Shown piece after piece: positions 31,418 through 45,260 of a stretch of DNA of 64,000 nucleotides. The DNA comes from the human T2T-CHM13v2.0 reference genome, Homo sapiens. The notes below the pieces were generated by a model, which searched no databases, had not been told where the DNA came from, and worked only from the letters and a program-made list of their open reading frames with translations. Within the stretch, counting starts at the first letter, position 1, and the number at the start of each line of letters is the position of its first letter. The stretch is from assembly GCF_009914755.1 (NCBI RefSeq), contig NC_060925.1, one strand, 5' to 3'. Both the position numbers and the translations under genes were made by a program.

Positions 31418-31745
31418 TATTTTTTATATATTTATTATTATTATTTTTTTGAGACGGCATCTCACTGTGTCACCCAGGCTGGAATACAGTGGTGAGATCT
31501 CTGTTCACTGCAACCTCTAAACCAGGCTCTAAACCCTGGGTTTAAGCAATTTTCCTTCCTCAGCCTCCTGAGTAGCTGGGAATACAGGTGTGTGCCACCA
31601 TGCCCAGCTACTTTTTTGTATTTTCAGTAGAGACAGGGTTTTGACATGTTGGCCAGGCTGGTCTTGAACTCCTGACCTCAGGTGATCTGCTTGCATCGGC
31701 CTTCCAAAGTGCTGGGATTATAGGTGTGAGCCACTGCGCCTGGCC
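31418..31745 (-). mobile_element. Full-length AluSx-like
   Basis: CTGACCTCAGGTGATC; (TTA)n tail; small internal duplication CTCTAAACC x2. Confidence 0.93.
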
Positions 31746-31800
31746 AATTCTTTGTCTTTACTATTGAGAATAGTGCTGTGATGAACATGCCAGTGCACGT

Positions 31801-32037
31801 TGTGGACATTAATCCTAGAGAGGTAAGTAATATTCATGCAAAAACTTGCATATGAATAATTATATCAGCATTGCTCATTATTGCCAAAATCTGGATAAAT
31901 TCATAATAATAAATTACAAATTATAAATCCATGATAATAAATCCATAATCCATAAATTCAACTATTGACCCATTAATGAGTCTATTGTTGAACACCCATA
32001 AAACAAAATATTCAACAATTTAAAAAGAAAAGAACAA
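31801..32037 (+). repeat. Local copy of L1MD segment 30075-30553 lacking the Alu
   Basis: Shares TAAGTAAT.TTCATG.AAAAACTTG, CTCATTATTGCCAAAATCTGGATAA, CATAAAACAAAATA and CAATTTAAAAAGAAAAGAA with the donor. Confidence 0.85.
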
Positions 32038-33360
32038 TCTTTCGGTATGATATATATATATATTTTGGGTGGAGTATATACCTGGTAATGGATTGCTGAG
32101 TCATATAGTAATACTAAGTTCTTTGAACAATCTCCGAATTTCTTTCCTCAGTGGCTGAACTTATTTTCATTCCCACCAATAACATGCCAGCATCTGTTAT
32201 TTTTTGACATTTAATAATAGTCATTTAGTATCTCATTGTGGTTTCTATTTGCATTTCTCTGATGAATAGAAATGTGGAGCACTTATTGATAGATTTGTTG
32301 GCAGCGCGTATGCATTCTTTTAAGAAGTGTTTGTTCATGTCTCTTTCCCATTATTTAATGGAGTTATTTGGTTTTTTTACCTGTTCAATTGTTTAATTTC
32401 CTCATCGATTCTGGATATTAAATCTTTTCTGAAGGCCTAGTTTGCAAATAGTTTCCCTATACTGTAGGCTGTATGTTTTCTCTTTTGATAGTTTGCGTTG
32501 CTGTGCCAAAGATCTTTGGTTTAACTAGGTCCTACTTGTCAATTTTTGTTTTCCTTCGAATTGCTTTTGAGGCCTTAGTCATATATGCTTTCCCATGGCC
32601 AATGTATATAATGATGTTTCCTAGGTTTTCTTCTAGGATTTTTATAGTTTGGAGTCTTACATTTAAATCTTTAATCCATCTTGAGTTGATTTTTGTATGT
32701 AATGAAAAGTGGGGGTCTATTTTTATTCTCCATGTGGCTAGCTGCTATCTCAGCCTCAATTATTGAATAGGTAGTCATTTCTCCATTCCCTACTTTTGTT
32801 GACTTGGTCAAAGATCAGATGGCTATAGGTGTGTAGCTTTATTTATGGGTTCTCTATTCTGTTCCATTGGTCTATGTATCTGTTCTCGTACCACGAGTAC
32901 CATGGTGTTTTTTGCTACTGTAGCCTTATAGTAGAGTTTGAAGTTGTGTAATGTGATGCTTCAATTTTTTTTGTAGCTATTCTGGCTATTTTGGACTTTG
33001 ATATGAATTTTACTATAGTTTTTTCTAATTCTGTGGAAAGTGATAAAAATAGTGTTGATTCTACAGATTGCTTTGGGAGATATGGCCATTTTAACATTAT
33101 TGATTCTTCCAATCCATGAGCATGAAATATTTTTCCATTTGTTTCTATCATCTATGATTTCCTTTAGTAGAGTTTTGTCATACCTGTAGAGATCTTTCAC
33201 CACCTTGGTTAGATGTATTCCTAGGTATTTTAGTGTTTTGTTGATATCATAAATGGGATTATGTTTTTAATTTTGTGCTTAGCATGAATATTTATGTATA
33301 TCTACTTTGTATTCTGAAACATTACTGAAATCATTTATCAGTTGCAAGAGCCTTTTGGCT

Positions 33361-35630
33361 TATTAAATTTATACCTAAGGATTTCATCTTTGGGGTGCTA
33401 ATATAAAGGGTATTGTGCTTCTACTTGTAAATTCCAATTGGTCATCACTAGTACATAAGAGAGAGTGATGTCGTGTAAGAAAGCGACAAACTTTGCATCC
33501 TGCAATCTCACTATAATCATTTTATAATTTTTTGAGTTTTTTGTTGATTCTTTTATATTCTACATAGATGATCATGTCATCTATGAATGAAGGCAGCTTT
33601 ATTTCTTCATTCCCAATGTATGGCTTTTGTTTATTTTTCTTGCATTGCATTAGGTATTTCTTTAAGTACAGTGTTGAAAAGGAGTGGTGAGAGAGGGCAT
33701 TCTTGCCTTTTTTCTGGTCTTAGTGCAAAAACTTCTAGTTTCTCACAAGTATGAGGTTAATATTAGTTTAATGTTTGAATTTTTCTATTTTATTGACAGA
33801 TTTCTTTATCAAGTTAAGGAACTTCCTTTTAGTTCCTAGTTCATTAAGAGTTTTTTTTTCTTTTTTAAACCGTGAGTAGATGTGGTCTTTCACATTTGAA
33901 AGAGATTTATTCTTAAGTATTTTATATTGTTGATGGTAATTTAATTAGTATTACTTTTAAGTTTCAATTTCTAGTCTTTTTGGTAGTATATACAATATGT
34001 AAAGATACAATTGATTATTGTCTATTGTTCTTGAATATTGTAACCTTGATAAACACAGTTGTTAGTTTTCTTGGTTTTTGATGCTATATCACATTTTTTC
34101 AATCCACAAATAAAAACAATGTTATTTCTACCTTTTACACTTGATGCCTGCTACTTATTTTCTTGATTATTACACTAGCTAGTACTCTACTACAAAGCTG
34201 AATAGAAATGCTGAGAAGCTAGAATCCTTGTCTTAATTCTGATGTTAGGAAGAAAATATTTTATTTTTTATTCTTAAGCATATTTTTATCTGTAGGCCTT
34301 TCTTACATGTTCATCATCAGATCAAGACATGCTCTTCTACTATTAATTTGCTAAGATTTTTATTAGAAATGTGTTCTGGATACTATGTAATAATTATATA
34401 CATTAAGATAAATAGGGTTTTTTTTAAGATTTTTATATAATGAAGCACATCGTAATTTTGTAATGATAAACCAATCTCACACTATTCAGATAAAGCCATG
34501 TATCACCTGATATATCATTCTTTTAAAATATTCTGGCATTTTCCAGCTAGTAAATACTAGCAGTCTTGGTCTACCTGGATGCTCAGCTCTCTCTCTTTAA
34601 CTCAGGCAGTTTGGCAGACTTGCTTGAATCTACCATCATGGCTTGGAAACTGGGTCAATGTAGTGAGTTGATAAGGCTCAAGTCCTTTGCTCCCATACTT
34701 TAAAGATTTCTCTCCTTTGTTGTCTCAAATTCTATTTCTTGAGAACTGACATTTATTTTCTTTTTTCCATATTTGGTTGTTTCAAATGGGAGGCCAAATA
34801 TTGTCCCCGTTATCTCATTGTAACCAGAAACATATTTTTCACAATCCATTCTTTAATCTCAGAACTATACCTTTTAAAAATTCCCCTAGTGACTCTCAGT
34901 TGGAAAGTAATATAATTTTTTATCTCCCCCTTGAATTGATAGTTTTGATGGATATAGAATTCAATGTTAACATGTATTTCTCAAAGCATGTTGAGAATAT
35001 TCCTTCCCTTTTTTAAACTTTCATTGCTGCTTTTGTGAAGTATTCTGTAAGTCTATTTATTATTCTTTAAGTGATCTATCTCATCTTTTTGATGCTTTTA
35101 AGTTGTTCTCATTTTTAGATAACATGATTTTAATTTTATTGGTCTAATTTGTAGTCCTTTATGTTTATACTGTTCAGAATATAATCATTTTCTTAACTAT
35201 ATGTATGTTTTAGATCTCTAAGTTTTTTCAATGTTTCAATTTTTCTCTTCTTCACTTTTGAAAAAGGACATATTTCTAATTAACTGCTCATAGAAAAAGC
35301 AAATATATGTTTCAGTCTTGTATCATTGCCCTTCATCTTCCCTTATGTTGATATTACCTAGAATATTAGTTCCAAGTTATTTTATCTATTGTTTCTATTT
35401 TACAAATTTACATTATGTTGAATGAGTGTTTTTCTTTTCACATGTAAAATACTTTATCAAGATGTGTGATCACATTGATCTCACATGCCCCCTACAGAAT
35501 TTACAAATTTCTCTTATTTATTGATTTGAATTTTCAATCGAATCTACCCTATAGCCTCATTTTTATATTTTATACTCTAATTTTTTCCTATCATATTTTT
35601 CAATTCCTACTTTATTTCTTTATTTCTATT
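33361..35630 (-). mobile_element. Patchwork of old L1M relics
   Basis: ATCATGTCATCTATGAATGAAG..., GTTGAAAAGGAGTGGTGAGAGAGGGCATTCTTGCC, CTGAATAGAAATGCTGAG antisense ORF2 motifs; 5'-end-like block at 34560-34830. Confidence 0.6.
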
Positions 35631-35638
35631 AAATATTG

Positions 35639-36123
35639 TGTGATATTTAATTTTATGTATAAATTGGACTGGGACATGGGGTGCCCAGAGACGTGATGAG
35701 ACATTATTCTGGCTGTATCTGTGAAGGTGTTTCTTAGTGAGAATAATATTTGAATCAAAAGACAGTAAAGCAGATTGCCTTCCCAACATGAGTAGGCCTC
35801 ATTTAATCTATTGATGGCCTCAACAATAGGTTGAGTAAGGAAGAATTTGCTCCTTTGCCTGACTGTCCTTGAGATAAGAGTCTTCTCTTGCCTTTGGACT
35901 AAGACTCAGACTGGAACTCAAGCCTTCAGTGCTCCTTAATCTCAGGGCATCAGACCCAGATAAAACTATGCTGTTTGTTTTTTTTGGCTCTGCAGCTTTC
36001 TGACTCCACATCTTGAGACTTCTCAGCCTCCATAACTACATGAGCTAATTTCCTACAATACATTTCTTTCTGTATGTATGTGTGTATAAATATAGATCCG
36101 TTTCTCCTGGGAACCTGAAGACA
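35639..36123 (+). mobile_element. MLT2 (ERVL) solo LTR
   Basis: TGTGATATTTAATTTTATGT...GGTGCCCAGA...GTAAAGCAGATTGCCTTCCC...CTTCTCAGCCTCCATAA...ACA; TSD TATTG/TGTTG. Confidence 0.88.
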
Positions 36124-38174
36124 TGTTGCTTTTATTTTATTTTTGTATCTGCTGTTCGTGTGGGTCTGATTCTGCTATGTTCATTTTTACTATCATTCAT
36201 GGTACTTTGTTTCTTTATGCTTCAGAGACTGATGTTTAGGAAATTTAATTCTAAATAAAATTATTAAATTTTTAAAAATAATTTTCTCCAAAACATTTTT
36301 AAATTTTTTGTTTGCTAGTTTTCTGAATGATGACAAAGCAGTAATTTTAAAATTTAAATTATATAGCCATTGTGGAGCTGTTTAGAACATGGTGATAGAG
36401 TAAATTAGGTTCTCAAATTCACATGAAGGTAAGATTGCTATTAGAATTTTGTGTGTGTGCGTGTATGTACGACGCACACACTTAGAATTTAAAGAAAAAA
36501 TGAGTAGAAATTTTATTTTCTTCTGTAGAAGAAGTATATTTTCCTTATATTTGTTAATCCTGGTTTTATGCATACTCTCTGATAAGATCTACTATTCTGC
36601 ATGGTCTCAAATTTTGTCTTCTATTTGTAAGCTGTAGGTAATTTAGAGACTGACAGATGACCCGGAGGCAGCATCAAGTCTAATGTTTGAAAATCATTTT
36701 TAATTTATGATTTCCCATAGTTTCTGGACTCTGACTTTTCTTCGTACTTTTCTGTTTATGAATTCATATAAAAAGTTGTTATTGTTATTTTAATTGTCAA
36801 GCGTTTTCAGATATGTTGTACCAGGAGGTTGCTAATGAATATACTAGAAAACAAGTTACCGGAAAAGTAAGGCCAATGACAGAATTCTTAAGAAGTATGA
36901 AAAAGCCCTGTACTATCCTATTCATTTGCTAAATGTTGCAAAAAAACAGTAGCCTAAGAAAACATAATACGTCTACACATCTTGAGCTCATTTTAACGTT
37001 TACATAAAGTTTAGAATTAACTGAAGTCTTAATAGTTATTAAGAAGTTCCTTTTATGTGTTAAATATGTATTTTTTTGTATTACATTTTGTATAAGAAAT
37101 TGTTACGGAAATACTAACATAATCTGTGTTTCAGAATAGCTAGAAACAAACAAATGAATAAATGTGATAGGTTTAAATAAAATATTTGGGAGGTTGCAGA
37201 TAATTGATTTATCTTTGAAAAAGGTTGAAAAAAATCTTAGTGAGATTTGAGAAGACAAATAAAAGTTACTGCAACAATAACAACATTATCTGACTGTGGA
37301 GGAAAAAAATAATGCCTCTAATCTCTCTCCTACCAGTAGGGGAAGGGTGGTAAATGAAGAAAGGCCTGGAAAAGAAAGAATGAACTATGAAAGAGTATAA
37401 TGCATCTGGACAGTCCCTAAGGAGGTTTAAGAATCTTCCTTTTTTTCAATGACGTGTCTGTATTGCCTTTGATAGTAAATCACAGTTGCTCTTTAATAAA
37501 AGTTTATATTAAATTCTCTACTGAGCACTTCTTAAATGACAAAAGCAAATGGCAGCATATACTCTCTAGAAAAGTGATGTCTTTATTTGTGGAAAAATGT
37601 AATTTTTGTAATAATGGCTGTGTAACCACTCTTCACCAAGCTAAAAGCAGAAGTTTTACACATGTGCCTCATCTTATTGCCTAGTAGCTGCCTAGTTTAT
37701 TTTATGGTAGCAGCTCTTGGGTGTTAATCAAATCTGAAGTTCTCAATGCCCCTAGTACCAACAGTAGCCCATATTAAGTGCTTAAATGTATTTGTTGCAA
37801 GATTGGATAACTGAAGTGTCCTTTGGCTTAGACCTGAGAAATGAAAGATAAATATGTAAAATAAAAACATTACTATTTTCAATTCTTCAAAGATAAATCA
37901 GTAAATAAATTATAAGACCACTAAAATGTATTCCTATTATATGAAACCTAACAGTTATTTAAAATTGCTCTTCTATTTTACATTTACTATTTCTTAAGCA
38001 TAAGAAAAGTCAATAATATCCTTTGAGAATTAGTCACAAATGCTTAATATTAAGTGTATAGAAAACTTTCTTTCTGTGTAAATATAATCTTATAATACTT
38101 AAAAAATAAAGTCAAACAGTGTGTTATATATGAAAAACACTATATGCGTTTGCTTTTTTGGGTCCACACTTTAA

Positions 38175-38520
<346 letters not shown>

Positions 38521-39550
38521 TAATGTTTTCTTACTTATTAGAAATGTGGACTTGGAAATAATCCAAAATGTTAATTAAATTTATTTTAATTTCTAGGCAA
38601 AAAATGTTTAAATTTTTGTGTATCTCCTCATTTTCAATTATCACTGGAGATTGACTTAAAACAAGCTTAGTAACAACTTTGTAATAAATGATCCCAAATT
38701 TAGAAAATATCTACCCATGGGTGTCTAATGTGAATGACCCCTTTATGCCATAATTTAAACAATTTTTTATCTCTAAGAACTGTTACACTCATAACTGTAG
38801 CATATAAAGAAAAGGCCAATTTGTGTCATTTGATGAAAGCAAAACAAATATTTAAATTATGGATATAATATTTTTCACATAAGAATTTTAACATACCATA
38901 GTTCAATTGTTACTACTTCTCACTCAACATTCTACATGCTTGAAATTTGTTTAATCTTCACATATGGCACTATAAAATGTGCATAGCTGCACATGTACCT
39001 TATCTTACTGCTTAGTAGCTGCTTTAGTAGTAATTATCAGTATTTGCCTTATTTTACCGCCTAGTAGTTGCCTTAAAAGTTGTTACTATTTTTCACATGA
39101 AGAATCTCAGCGCCCATAAGCACTGTGTAGGCATAATCAGAATAATGTGAATTTGAGGTGCCTTTCACATGTTTAACAACACAAAGGGACAATATTGCTT
39201 AATACGTCGATATTGAACAACACCTTTTTTCAGGATAAGTTGATATAATATGTTCGCTATATGTTCCATGAGAAGCAATTTATAGTGCCAACTATTCTCT
39301 TAAAACCAAACTAGAGATACCATAATTAGTAGCTGCATTCAATGTCATCTACGAAGGTGGAGTTTCTTCTCCAGTTCTAGAATACGTGTTTGAATATCCA
39401 ATGACCTGTTACATAAACTTTATAACTAAATATAAGTCAAATTTGTCGGCTGTTGCTCAACCCTTGGGATTCAAGTCAATTGTCTCTTATGACACATGGA
39501 GGCAAAAAGCAGTGTAATTGTTTTTCAGTTTTTAAAATGTGCTGTAAATG

Positions 39551-39657
39551 TAGTGAACAAACACTTCAGTTTGCCCGGAAAAGTCTCAATTTATGCCTGC
39601 TGCAATGAAGTACCATAAGTGTCCCAGTTTGGATGATAAACAAGGTGGTTAACGCTA
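39551..39657. mobile_element. MER94-like hAT (Blackjack) non-autonomous element
   Basis: AGTTTGCCCGGAAAAGTCTCAATTTATGCCTG and AAGTGTCCCAGTTTGGATGATAAA...AACGCTA. Confidence 0.6.
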
Positions 39658-40531
39658 CCCATAAACTCACTTCTGATAGTGTAGTTGTTATCATACTGAC
39701 TTTTATTTGGAGGAGAAAAGTACTGCAAGATCAATGCATATTTCCTCAGATGTAGGAGGTGTCCTGAAATGGCAATCTGCAGAAAATGGAAGGGTAAAAA
39801 CACAGAAGTTTGAAAATGGTGACCAAAATTAATAAAGGGATGTATGATCTCCTAAATACCCCATAAAATGTTCTTGAAGTAAAATTTCACAGAACCAACT
39901 AACTATATAGGCAGGCACTATTGTTTACAAATTGATTCACAAACTGTAAATGTCAATGGGTGAATGAGCTCTCAGAGCATTTCACAGTGCTAAGATTAAA
40001 ATACATGCTACTTCTCTGATTGCTGTAAACAGTAGTTTTTTATTTTATTGCAGATCTTTAACTCTACTATTCCAGAAATGACAGTTTTAAAAGTGTCATA
40101 AAAATGAAATTTCAATACACTGTCAATCATCCTGATTCCATATTGACTGAAGAAGAATAAAATCCACTTCTCAAGAATTGGCTTATTGTATGCTCGTGTC
40201 TTATAATTATTGTCTCATTGATTCTGCCAAAAGAGAGTTAATTGAATTTTAAGCATATTGAAATGATGTTTTTATTCTGACAATATCTTTATTCCTTACA
40301 AATAAATTTAGAGCATAAACAAGAATATATAAAACAATAGTTATTATTCATACTTCCCATGAAATATGAATATTTGATTACCTCTGTGACTTAGATGATT
40401 TATACAACATATGTATTGATTGAGATTAAAAATTAGACTGCTTAAATCTATTACCTGTTTTCTTATTCCTTATCAACATTCCTGATCATAATTTCTGGTG
40501 TTGAAATACTACTTAGAAAATTTTTAAAATG

Positions 40532-40882
40532 CAGTCATTTTAAAATCCTGTGCTTGAGGATAGGAATATGTTCTAAGAAATTCATTGTTAAGAGATTTTT
40601 GTCACTGTATGAACATCATAGGATGTACTTACACAAACCTAGGTGGTGTAGCCTACTGCACTCCTAAGGTATATGAATAGCCTACTTCTCCTAGTTTGTA
40701 ACCCTGTACATTACATTACTGTACTGACTACTGTGGGCAGTTGTAGTAAGACAGTGGTACTTACCATTGTGTATATAAGCATAGAAAACGTCCAATAAAA
40801 ACATAATATTATAACTTTATGAAACCACAGTCATATATGCAGTCCATCATTGACTGAAACATTCTTATATAGTGCACGGTTG
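40532..40882 (+). mobile_element. Tigger3a/MER7A non-autonomous DNA transposon
   Basis: CAGTCAT...GAACATCATAGGATGTACTTACACAAACCTAG...GCCTACT...CATATATGCAGTCCATCATTGACTGAAAC...TTG TA. Confidence 0.85.
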
Positions 40883-42473
40883 TACCATATTTATAATAAA
40901 AATATTGTGATTAATATTAACTTAATTTTTTAAATGTTTTTGGCTTTAATTACTACAATGTCACTTGACTTATTTTTCTATATACTCTTGTGTCAAGGCT
41001 AGCCTGTTAATTAAACTGTTTTAAGTTCCAGAAAAACTGCAAATGCAAATTCTATCATTTTATTCACTAAATTATCAAATAATTTATTCCAATAACACAT
41101 TTACTTGATCTTCTCTTTAGATGACATTATAGTTATTAAGGTTAAGGTGTGCATTATGTTTCTATTTTATAATTACAAATATATTTAATCTACCAATGTA
41201 TTTTAAACAATATAAATTATACTAACATTAGTTGCTTCTGAAAGACTCTAATAACATATTCTCATCACTAAATTTACAAGATACTTTGCTAAATTTATTT
41301 TTTTATAATACATATACATACACACACACTGTGAAATTTTGGAAATGTAAAAGTATAAAGAGAGAAATTAAACTGTCCTATAATGCCATTTATTTATAAA
41401 TAACTAACATAAATATTTGCATGTTTTCTGTCATTGTTTTTTCGTAACTGTTGATGTATTTTATACTGTAGACCTTTTATGTGATAGCTTTTCTGTGATC
41501 ATATCTTCCTTTTTTTAAGTAGATGTCAATGTCTCTAGTGTCTTATAATTAGAAGCCTATGTCATAGACAATAAGGGTGGTATTTCTACACAGTTTTTCC
41601 TCTGCTATCAGTAAGCCTGCCACTTATTGAACTTGAACCTGAGCTCATTTTCCATTTTGATATGCCAATTACGAGCCTAAAACAAGTAACTGTAAATAAT
41701 ACCATTTAACATTTAGAACAGTACAGAGTACAGCTCTCCAAATGAGTTTAGCAATACTTAGAGCCAGATTTGTTTGTGACAATGTAAGTTGATACTATTG
41801 ACATTTAGGATGTGAACTCAAAGGAGCTACACATCCTGCAATGTTCTGGTTATTTCCTACCAAAAAGACATACTGCTAACATTGAGACACAGATGGGCAT
41901 TTAAGAACAAATGTTTTTACTTAAAAACAAAAAAAAAAAATTTGCCTTGCTCAAGATACAAGAATGTATTCCCAGGAAAATATATGTTGGCTCTAAGTAT
42001 CTTTCCTCTTTTGCATGGTGTTTCAAATTATTTCTCAGCTATGCTTCATTGATCATGATTGGAGTTATGACATTTTTCCTAACTGCAAAGAAGGAGAAAC
42101 ATTTCTTCTCCATTTTCTTTTTGGCTTTGATGTTGTCAGTGGATTCAAGGAACAGACGTAAAACAACTGATTTTTTTTTTTTTTTAACCAGAAGCTTTAA
42201 TCTCTACCAGAGAAATCCTTTTAATACATGAGAAAAAGTAAGTGGAAAAAATGGCGCAATAATTATTCTGAAGATTGGGGATAGAATGCTGGGTATATTC
42301 TGGGGAAAGAATGTAATTTCACATATGTCAATAGAGATGTATGTGTGGGAATACTTACCATATAATTATATTAAAATGCATAAGATTATTTTTAAAAAGC
42401 ATCCAGAATAATTGTGGAGCATGTTCAGTAATAAGAAGTGAAGTTCTTCAACATTTTAAACTCAAGAAACATA

Positions 42474-42638
42474 GGTGGATCACCTGAGGTCGGGAGTTCG
42501 AGGCTACCCTGACCAATATGGAGAAACTCCATCTCTACTAAAAATACAAAAATTAGCCGGGCGTGGTTGCTTATGCCTGCAATCCCAGCTACTTGGTAGG
42601 CTGAGGCAGGAGAATCGCTCGAACCCAGGAGGTAGAGG
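42474..42638 (+). mobile_element. 165-bp internal Alu fragment copied from the AluSp at 44687-44851
   Basis: No head, tail or TSD; 155/165 identical to the neighbour, including its private substitutions. Confidence 0.93.
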
Positions 42639-42779
42639 AAATGCTGGGGAAAGAATAGGCTATATTCAGGGAAGGGTCATGCCATTCATTACAGAAGAAA
42701 AGAAAAGGATGGATGTTACTGCCAGTAAATGATGATAACATGGAATTATATTATTCCTGCTTATTCATGCTATTTTCTA

Positions 42780-43730
42780 AAACTCAAATCTCTCTACCAA
42801 AATCTAGACTGTTATATTCAACTACATTATTAACTTTGCTATTTGAATGGCTGTTTTATTACCTAAATATTAATAAATCAAAAGCTGACTTTTTGACCAT
42901 CACCCCCAAACCTGCTCCATCCACAGCCCCCACTTCAGTTTACTAAAACTGCCTTTACAGTTGTATAGATTAAGAACAATGGAGTCATTCTTGACTCCCT
43001 TTGCAATCCATGTTCAGTCCATCAGGAAATTGTATTGAGTCTGTTTTTAAGAATATAAACAAAATATGACCCTTCTTTATCTCTTCCACTGCTATAATCC
43101 TGGAACAAACCACCATGAGTTATTACTTGGATTACTGTAATAAGCTGCCAATTAATTAATGCTCTTTGTTTTAATTCTTACCCCAGAAAAATTGATTCTA
43201 TTGCAGATAGTCTTTGAAAAATAAATGTGATACTGTCATTCCGCTCAAAATGTTGCAATGTTTTTTCGTGTCATGCAGAGTAAATACCAGATCTTGTAAT
43301 TGTCTTCTCTGAGACCTATCTTGGTAATTTCCCCTTTCACTCTGTTCTGAGCACATTGGTATCCTTACTCCTCCTGCAATACTCTAGGCACACTTTCACC
43401 TTATGATGCATGCACTAGAAATATTCCTGGAACACACTTAGATTTTATATTGTCATGAATAACTTCTTCATCTCTTTCAAGTCTTTACTCACATGTTACT
43501 CTTTCATTGAAGGTTATAACTAATCACACTAGGGATATTACTCTTTACTTATACTTCTGATTTATATTACTCTTTCTTTCTTTTATTCATGTAGTTGTAC
43601 TTCTTTCTTTTACTTATATAGTTATCTTTTATAACAAGATACTTTATTCAGTGATATAGCCTAAGTGCCTAGAACAGGGTTCTACACAGGACAGGAGCTC
43701 AGGAAATAATCGTTGAATAGGTGAATGAAT
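42780..43730 (+). mobile_element. L2 LINE 3' relic
   Basis: CCCCCAAACCTGCTCC...GGAGTCATTCTTGACTCC...TTGGATTACTGTAATA...GTGCCTAGAACAG...GTTGAATAGGTGAATGAAT. Confidence 0.8.
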
Positions 43731-44595
43731 ATGAACCTGAGAGGGAAGGTTATCCGCAGAGAGTGATTTAATGGCTGCTTTTCAATCTTCGACATGTTTT
43801 TCACCACAGAGCTTTTGACACAGTTAGCCTTGCCTTCTACTTGGAAATATTTCTCCATATAATCAAGGTTTCTTTCCTACCACTTTGGAAACTCCACTTA
43901 AATATGTTTCTTGCCTTTAAAATGTTGAAGAACTTCACTTCTTATTACTGAACATGCTCCACAATTATTCTGGATGCTTTTTAAAAATAATCTTATGCAT
44001 TTTAATATAATTATATGGTAAGTATTCCCACATATACATCTCTATTGACATATGTGAAATTACAGAGTCTTGCAAGTTGTAGCTGTAACTGTAGCTGGAT
44101 ATCTTCACTTAAATTTTGTTGTCTTTTTAATCTCCATACTGCTAACCAGTTCTCTTATTTTATCCTATACAGAGAAGCCATAATCATATATTTAACATGT
44201 AAATTAACTTTTGTTACTTTCATCATACATATAAAACAAAGAATGGCTTTTATACTCAGCTAAGTCCTCCATGATTGGCCTATACCTACCTCTCTAAACA
44301 TATTTTCTACAAATCTGATTCTTACTAAATCTGCTTAAGCCACAATGGCTTTTTCAATATCCTCATCTCAGAGTTGTTTCAGTTATTGTTCTTACGTCCT
44401 ACTGTCCCCATAATTTATCCTAGTACCTGTTCACATGATACTTTCCTAAATGTTTCCTCCCTACCTAAAATTGCATCAACTTCTATTTTTCTCAGCCAGC
44501 ACTAACGCAGTTGAAAATAATACCACATTTTTGTTAATGTGATTGTTTACTCCAATTTTCTATTTTCTCATCAGGCTTCATGTGGGTAAGGATCA

Positions 44596-44938
<343 letters not shown>

Positions 44939-45260
44939 GAATTGGTGGCCATTATCCTAATTCACTTACAAGAGAGAACATGCAGTATTTGGTTTTCTTT
45001 TCTTATAAGTGACAGCTAAACTTGTATATGTTTGGACACAAAGAGAAAGAGAAGAACAATAGATGCCAGAACCTACTTGAGTTTGCAGGGTAGGAAGAGA
45101 GTGAGAGTTAAAAACTCTCCTATCAGGTACAATGCTCACTACATGGGTGATGAAGTCATTTGTGCACCAAAGCCCAGAGAAATGCAATTTACCCATGTAA
45201 CAAACGTGCATACCTGCGTATATACCCTTAGAACCTACAATAAAAGTTGAAAAAGAAAAC
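44939..45260 (+). mobile_element. L1PA15/16-like 3' end with internal micro-inversion
   Basis: GGCCATTATCCTAA...CCTATCAGGTACAATGCTCACTAC...GCAATTTACCCATGTAACAAAC...AATAAAAGTTGAAAAA. Confidence 0.85.

Larger units (their letters stand above)
30965..33360 (-). mobile_element. L1PA15/16-like LINE, interrupted by an Alu and by a templated insertion
   Basis: TTCAACTTTTATTTTGGATTCAGG...GATCCCGTCACCCAG...CCCACTTATAAGTGAGAACATG; ORF 32961-33203 [18 protein letters not shown]. Confidence 0.85.
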
